Both the position numbers and the translations under genes were made by a program. A model generated the notes under the pieces. It saw only the letters and a list, made by a program, of their open reading frames with translations, searched no databases and was not told the DNA's origin. Below, piece by piece: positions 60,234-64,000 of a stretch of DNA of 64,000 nt. Position 1 is the stretch's first letter. Each line of letters starts with the position of its first letter. The stretch comes from Spirochaetota bacterium (GTDB lineage: Bacteria; Spirochaetota; UBA4802; UBA5368), in contig SCSX01000036.1 in NCBI GenBank assembly GCA_004297825.1, forward strand, positions 172,680-236,679, in the 5' to 3' direction.

Positions 60234-61032
60234 GGGTTCCTTCCTGCGTTTTCGGGATAAATGGTGCCGGTGCCCATCGAATAAAAAAATCCGGATAAAA
60301 TCCACAAATTTTTTTTCGAAACCGAATTCGCATTCGTATAAGGAGCAGTGAGTTTGATGGAACTCCTTATAGAGGGTGTGACTTGAACGCGTTGTTTCTT
60401 ACCTCCGTTATGGCCGTATCCTGCGCGGGATTGCTCTTATCGAGCGGTTCCCGCGCGGATGCGGCCTTTTTTTATGCGCCGGATGCCGGGGAATGCGCGA
60501 ATCGAGCGGACCCGATCTACCTCGCGGATGAAGCGGGGGGAACATGCGGCGCGGCCGTCGCCGGGAATGAGACGGGCATGCGTGTTACCCGGCTGGACGT
60601 ACATGCCGCTGTTATGCGGACCGATTCTGAGCTTGAAGGTGCATATTGTCCCTTCATACTGCGGGAATCGCCCGGCCGGAGTAATCTTCTCGCGGCCGGG
60701 GAGTCGCACCCATTCGTCCGAGGAAACGAACGATGCTGTGCCGGCCCGGGAAACAGGGCCCGAGTTGCGAGGCCGCGCCCCGGGGGACCGCGCATCGGCG
60801 CGCGGCGGATGCTGGAAGTTTCGCCGTGTCCCGAGCGGTGCCATTATCGTCTCATCGAGCGTGGACGGAAGGGGGCCATTCCTGTAGTCGGCATGTGCCT
60901 TCCCGGCACGACCCGTCCGAAATCCCGATTCACCACCGATGGCGTCGCCGCTTCGCGAGGGCGTTATCGGTCCCCCCGTCCCCGTCGCTCCTTTGTTGAA
61001 TTCCGCATAACAAGCAAACCGGAGGAATCCAG

Positions 61033-64000
61033 ATGAAAAAACTGTGCATCTGTCTCATCGCGCTGTGCGCGCTCATCGCCGGCAATCATGCCCGGGGCGA
61101 ACTGCGCCTGAAGGAATTTTCCGATACGCGCACGGAGGTCCGGAGGTATCTGGAATCGGCGTCTTCGAGGCGGATGGAGGCGGAATGGGAACGCATGGCC
61201 TCGTACGGCGCATCGGCGGTGCGCGCGCGATGGGAGCGGGAATCGGAGAAGGAGATCGCGCGCGAGGCGGAGGCGCGGACCGCGCAGGGAGAGGACGCGG
61301 CGGGCGTCGAGGATTCCCTGCGCGCGCTTCTCGAGCAGGCGCGCGCGCGTTTCGACAGGGAGCTTGACCGTGAAACGGCGCGGGAAAAGGCGTCATGGTA
61401 CGCGGGCCTTGTCGAGATCGCGGTGCCCCCGTTCGCGCGCGAAACCCTGCGCACGGCGATCCGGGAGGCCGATATGGGAGCCGGCGCGGTGGAGAGCTAT
61501 CGCGACGCGTATGCCCTGTGGGAGGAGGGCGCGGGCGGCGCGTTCATCTCGCTCTGGGAGACGTACGAAAACGGAATACGCGCGCGGCGCGATTTTCTCG
61601 TTTCCGCATGTGCGTACGCGGACGAGATGCGGGACGAGTTTATCGGCGCACTGGACGCGAGGCTTGGAGCGATGAAAGAGCGCGCGAGGGCCGACGAGGA
61701 GATATATCTCGCAGGGGCCCGGAATGCGTTCATCGGCAGGCGGCTGGAGGACACCGATTCGCTGCGTCGCGATACCGAAGAGCGCTCGGCGGAAGCGGTA
61801 TCCAGGAGGATACTGGAGGCGACCCGCGCCCGCGTGGAGGACCTGATGGAGCGCGGGCTCGGGGAACCGGGGGCGCGCGCCGGTTCGACGCCGGCGGACG
61901 GCCTGTCCGGGGCGCGCGCACTCATCGATGCGGGAATTTCGGTATGGAGGGACGCCGAGGAAGAGCTGCTGGCCGCGCGCATGGCGTGGGAACGCGACCG
62001 CGCCGAAAGCTTCGACGCGGCGGAGGGGGAATGGGCCTCGTCCTGGAACCGGATCCGGGAGGAGAGGCGTTTATGGATGGAGGATATCGACGCGCAGATA
62101 GGCCGGGGAGAATCGATGTGGCTCTCCTCGCTCGGAAATTTCGACGAGGACAGGGCGCGGGCCGCGGAGGAGCTTCGGGAGTACGTGCGGACCGAAGGCG
62201 GCCAATGGGACGAGTACATTACCGGCATCAAGCGCATGGTCGACACCGGGTCGGGCGCGCTCACGGGAGCGCGGGAAAGCATCTATTACTTAGACACCCT
62301 TATCGCCCGCTACCGGGACCGTCCGGATAAAAGCGCGCTCATGGACGCGCTCGTCGCGGAAAAGACGCGCTGGGAAAATCAGACCGCGCGCTTCCAGGGA
62401 TTGCTCGTGCGCGCGGAGATCGAGCTCCGGCAGGAATACGCGGGGAGCGGCGGGAACGGAACGCTTACCGACGATCGCGGCGCGACCATGCACGTGGTCT
62501 ACACGGAGCTGGACGCATCGGGAACGCCCTACGTGGTGTTCGAGGGAACGGTCGCCAACGGGCGCGATCCCTATCTCATGACGAAGGCCGAGTACGATCT
62601 CGAGAAGCTCCGGATCGAGGAGGAATACTGGAAACGGCGCATGGCCGCGGCACAGGGGGTCTACGAATACGCGTTCGCGGGCGCGGCGAGGCCGGGCCGC
62701 GATGAGCAGGAGCGCGCCCGGCTGGAGGCGCTGGACGAGCGCGACCGAAAAAGGGCGGACCTGGATCGGGCCGAGACCCGGCTCACGGAGGTGTTTTTAA
62801 ACAGGGTGAACGATGAGGCGAAGGGGGTCGCCGATGCGCAGGAAGCCCTGCAATTGGCGCAGCTCGAGTTTGATCGCGCCGAGGAGCTGTTCGGCAGGGC
62901 GAACGCCCGGCTTATGTACCTGGAAAATCCCGACTCGAGGGAGCTTCTTCTCGAGGAGATCACGGCGCTGGTCCGGCGCGTAAGCGAACTCGAAAGGGTA
63001 AAGGAAAACGGGGAGAGCCTGCTGCTTCGTTATGCCCGCGAGTATTACGCCGCGCGCAGGGTGGAGGAGGGGGTCGCATCCGCGCGCGACTACGAGGCGC
63101 GCCTCGCGGACGCGATCGCGGTGGTTGAGGGAGACGCCGATTCCCAGGGGTACAGGGGAAACCTGGAGGCATTCGGCGCGGCGGTTACCGCCGCCCGGGG
63201 CAAGGACGATGCGGCGGACGCGCTTGCGGCCGAGACGCGTGCGCGCGAAGATGAAATCTTCGCCACGGTCGAAAAGGCCGACCCGTACTACATGGACGGG
63301 GAAAATGTGCGGCTTTCCAGTGCGCGCGCCGGGCTCGCGGAAGCGCATGAGCGTTATGCAATATTTAAAAGAATCGCGGCGGAAATGGACGCAGGGGGGG
63401 CGTGGCTCGATGAAGCGGTGTTCGAGCTCCTGCCGCCGTCCCCGTACGGGGACGGCACACAAAAGCCGGATTTCGAAACGGTCACTTCCTGGATACGTTC
63501 CGCCTCGACAGGCGATTTCCCGGCAGTCGAGGAACTTTGCTCCCTTTCGGGCGGTCGGCTGGGTCCGGAGGAAATCTATTGCAAAGGCGCCGGTGACATC
63601 GCCCGTGCGCTTTCTTCCCTGTGGGCGGCCGATATACTCGGCACCGAAGGCGACACCGCCACAGGCCCGATAAATCCGGAGATCGAGGAACGCGTTCGCG
63701 CGCTGGTACGGAGCGAGCTTTCGGCGCGAAGGGGCGCCCTCATGGGCGCGCTCGCCGAAACGAAGAACGCGCTGGACGGGGCATTCGAGTCCGCGAAAGA
63801 GGTCGTGAAGTACCTGCTGTCCGATTTTACGGGAAGCCGGGAGATCACCGCGGCCACGCCCTACAGCCGGGCCTGGATGCAGGCAGAACTGGACCGGACC
63901 GGGGCGGCTGTTCCGGCCCGCGTCGCGACAAGTAACCTGGAGACGGTAAGGCGAGCGCGAGACTTCTTTATGTCCTCGAGAGGGTCGGATTACGAGACGA
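61033..64000 (+). CDS. Giant secreted Ala/Arg/Glu-rich protein, N-terminal ~989 codons; continues past the window end
   Basis: RBS GGAGG lies 8 nt upstream. Signal peptide MKKLCICLIALCALIAGNHARG. I translated the frame from 61033 to the window edge with no stop. It is not in the ORF track because it has no stop inside the window. Confidence 0.7.
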   Translation, partial: MKKLCICLIALCALIAGNHARGELRLKEFSDTRTEVRRYLESASSRRMEAEWERMASYGASAVRARWERESEKEIAREAEARTAQGEDAAGVEDSLRALLEQARARFDRELDRETAREKASWYAGLVEIAVPPFARETLRTAIREADMGAGAVESYRDAYALWEEGAGGAFISLWETYENGIRARRDFLVSACAYADEMRDEFIGALDARLGAMKERARADEEIYLAGARNAFIGRRLEDTDSLRRDTEERSAEAVSRRILEATRARVEDLMERGLGEPGARAGSTPADGLSGARALIDAGISVWRDAEEELLAARMAWERDRAESFDAAEGEWASSWNRIREERRLWMEDIDAQIGRGESMWLSSLGNFDEDRARAAEELREYVRTEGGQWDEYITGIKRMVDTGSGALTGARESIYYLDTLIARYRDRPDKSALMDALVAEKTRWENQTARFQGLLVRAEIELRQEYAGSGGNGTLTDDRGATMHVVYTELDASGTPYVVFEGTVANGRDPYLMTKAEYDLEKLRIEEEYWKRRMAAAQGVYEYAFAGAARPGRDEQERARLEALDERDRKRADLDRAETRLTEVFLNRVNDEAKGVADAQEALQLAQLEFDRAEELFGRANARLMYLENPDSRELLLEEITALVRRVSELERVKENGESLLLRYAREYYAARRVEEGVASARDYEARLADAIAVVEGDADSQGYRGNLEAFGAAVTAARGKDDAADALAAETRAREDEIFATVEKADPYYMDGENVRLSSARAGLAEAHERYAIFKRIAAEMDAGGAWLDEAVFELLPPSPYGDGTQKPDFETVTSWIRSASTGDFPAVEELCSLSGGRLGPEEIYCKGAGDIARALSSLWAADILGTEGDTATGPINPEIEERVRALVRSELSARRGALMGALAETKNALDGAFESAKEVVKYLLSDFTGSREITAATPYSRAWMQAELDRTGAAVPARVATSNLETVRRARDFFMSSRGSDYET

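Noticed and set aside
60383-61036. 217-aa ORF (MNALFLTSVMAVSCAG...) and the overlapping ORFs 60437..60844 and 60459..60887
   Set aside because: After a signal-peptide-like start the sequence becomes Arg/Pro/Gly-rich and low-complexity, and it overlaps equally long ORFs on the other strand. I did not call a gene and treated it as part of a degraded region.

Overview
This is a high-GC (~65% by eye) bacterial chromosomal segment. The only taxonomic clue I can read directly is the 16S signature TGTTCGGAATTATTGGGC, which is shared by several phyla, so I do not assign a phylum.

From 5' to 3' the window holds:
- the tail of an RND adaptor gene and a full CusA/CzcA-type heavy-metal efflux pump;
- an AT-rich island (~3.5-6.3 kb) with a GxxExxY gene, a GNAT gene and a 412-aa orphan, bounded by copies of a short palindromic ATCCTGT-rich repeat element. 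Further copies sit at 4.1 kb and between pncB and pncA at 19.1 kb;
- a palindrome-rich 0.9-kb non-coding gap;
- a multi-PAS hybrid histidine kinase lying divergent to an orphan GHKL-ATPase protein;
- lipid and hydrolase genes;
- a nifU/iscU-fdhD-bpt-clpS cluster;
- pncB-pncA (NAD salvage);
- a redox block (ferredoxin, wrbA, sod, ferredoxin, desaturase, C_GCAxxG_C_C, PAP2);
- a RelB-like antitoxin with a frameshifted ParE toxin;
- a serine hydrolase, a 9-bp tandem repeat, an SNase-like nuclease overlapping a K+ channel gene;
- alr with a downstream MCP C-terminal remnant;
- a low-GC DUF559 endonuclease cassette flanked by G/C-hairpin inverted repeats just upstream of clpA-aat;
- a DUF1566 protein, an 874-aa secreted Ala/Arg/Glu-rich protein, a small OMP, mtnP;
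- a 7TMR-DISM/PP2C sensor, an MCP, a GlcD-like oxidase;
- an rRNA operon (16S, tRNA-Ile, tRNA-Ala, 23S) that ends in an intrinsic terminator with no 5S;
- an ECF sigma operon preceded by duplicated ~60-nt elements;
- an Fe-S protein, rdgB, a GAF histidine kinase, a truncated metallophosphoesterase fragment, a CAP-domain protein;
- the first ~990 codons of a giant secreted protein that runs off the 3' edge.

I found no CRISPR array, no IS/transposase and no 5S. The most unusual content is the repeat-element biology, the split N-end-rule loci and several gene remnants.
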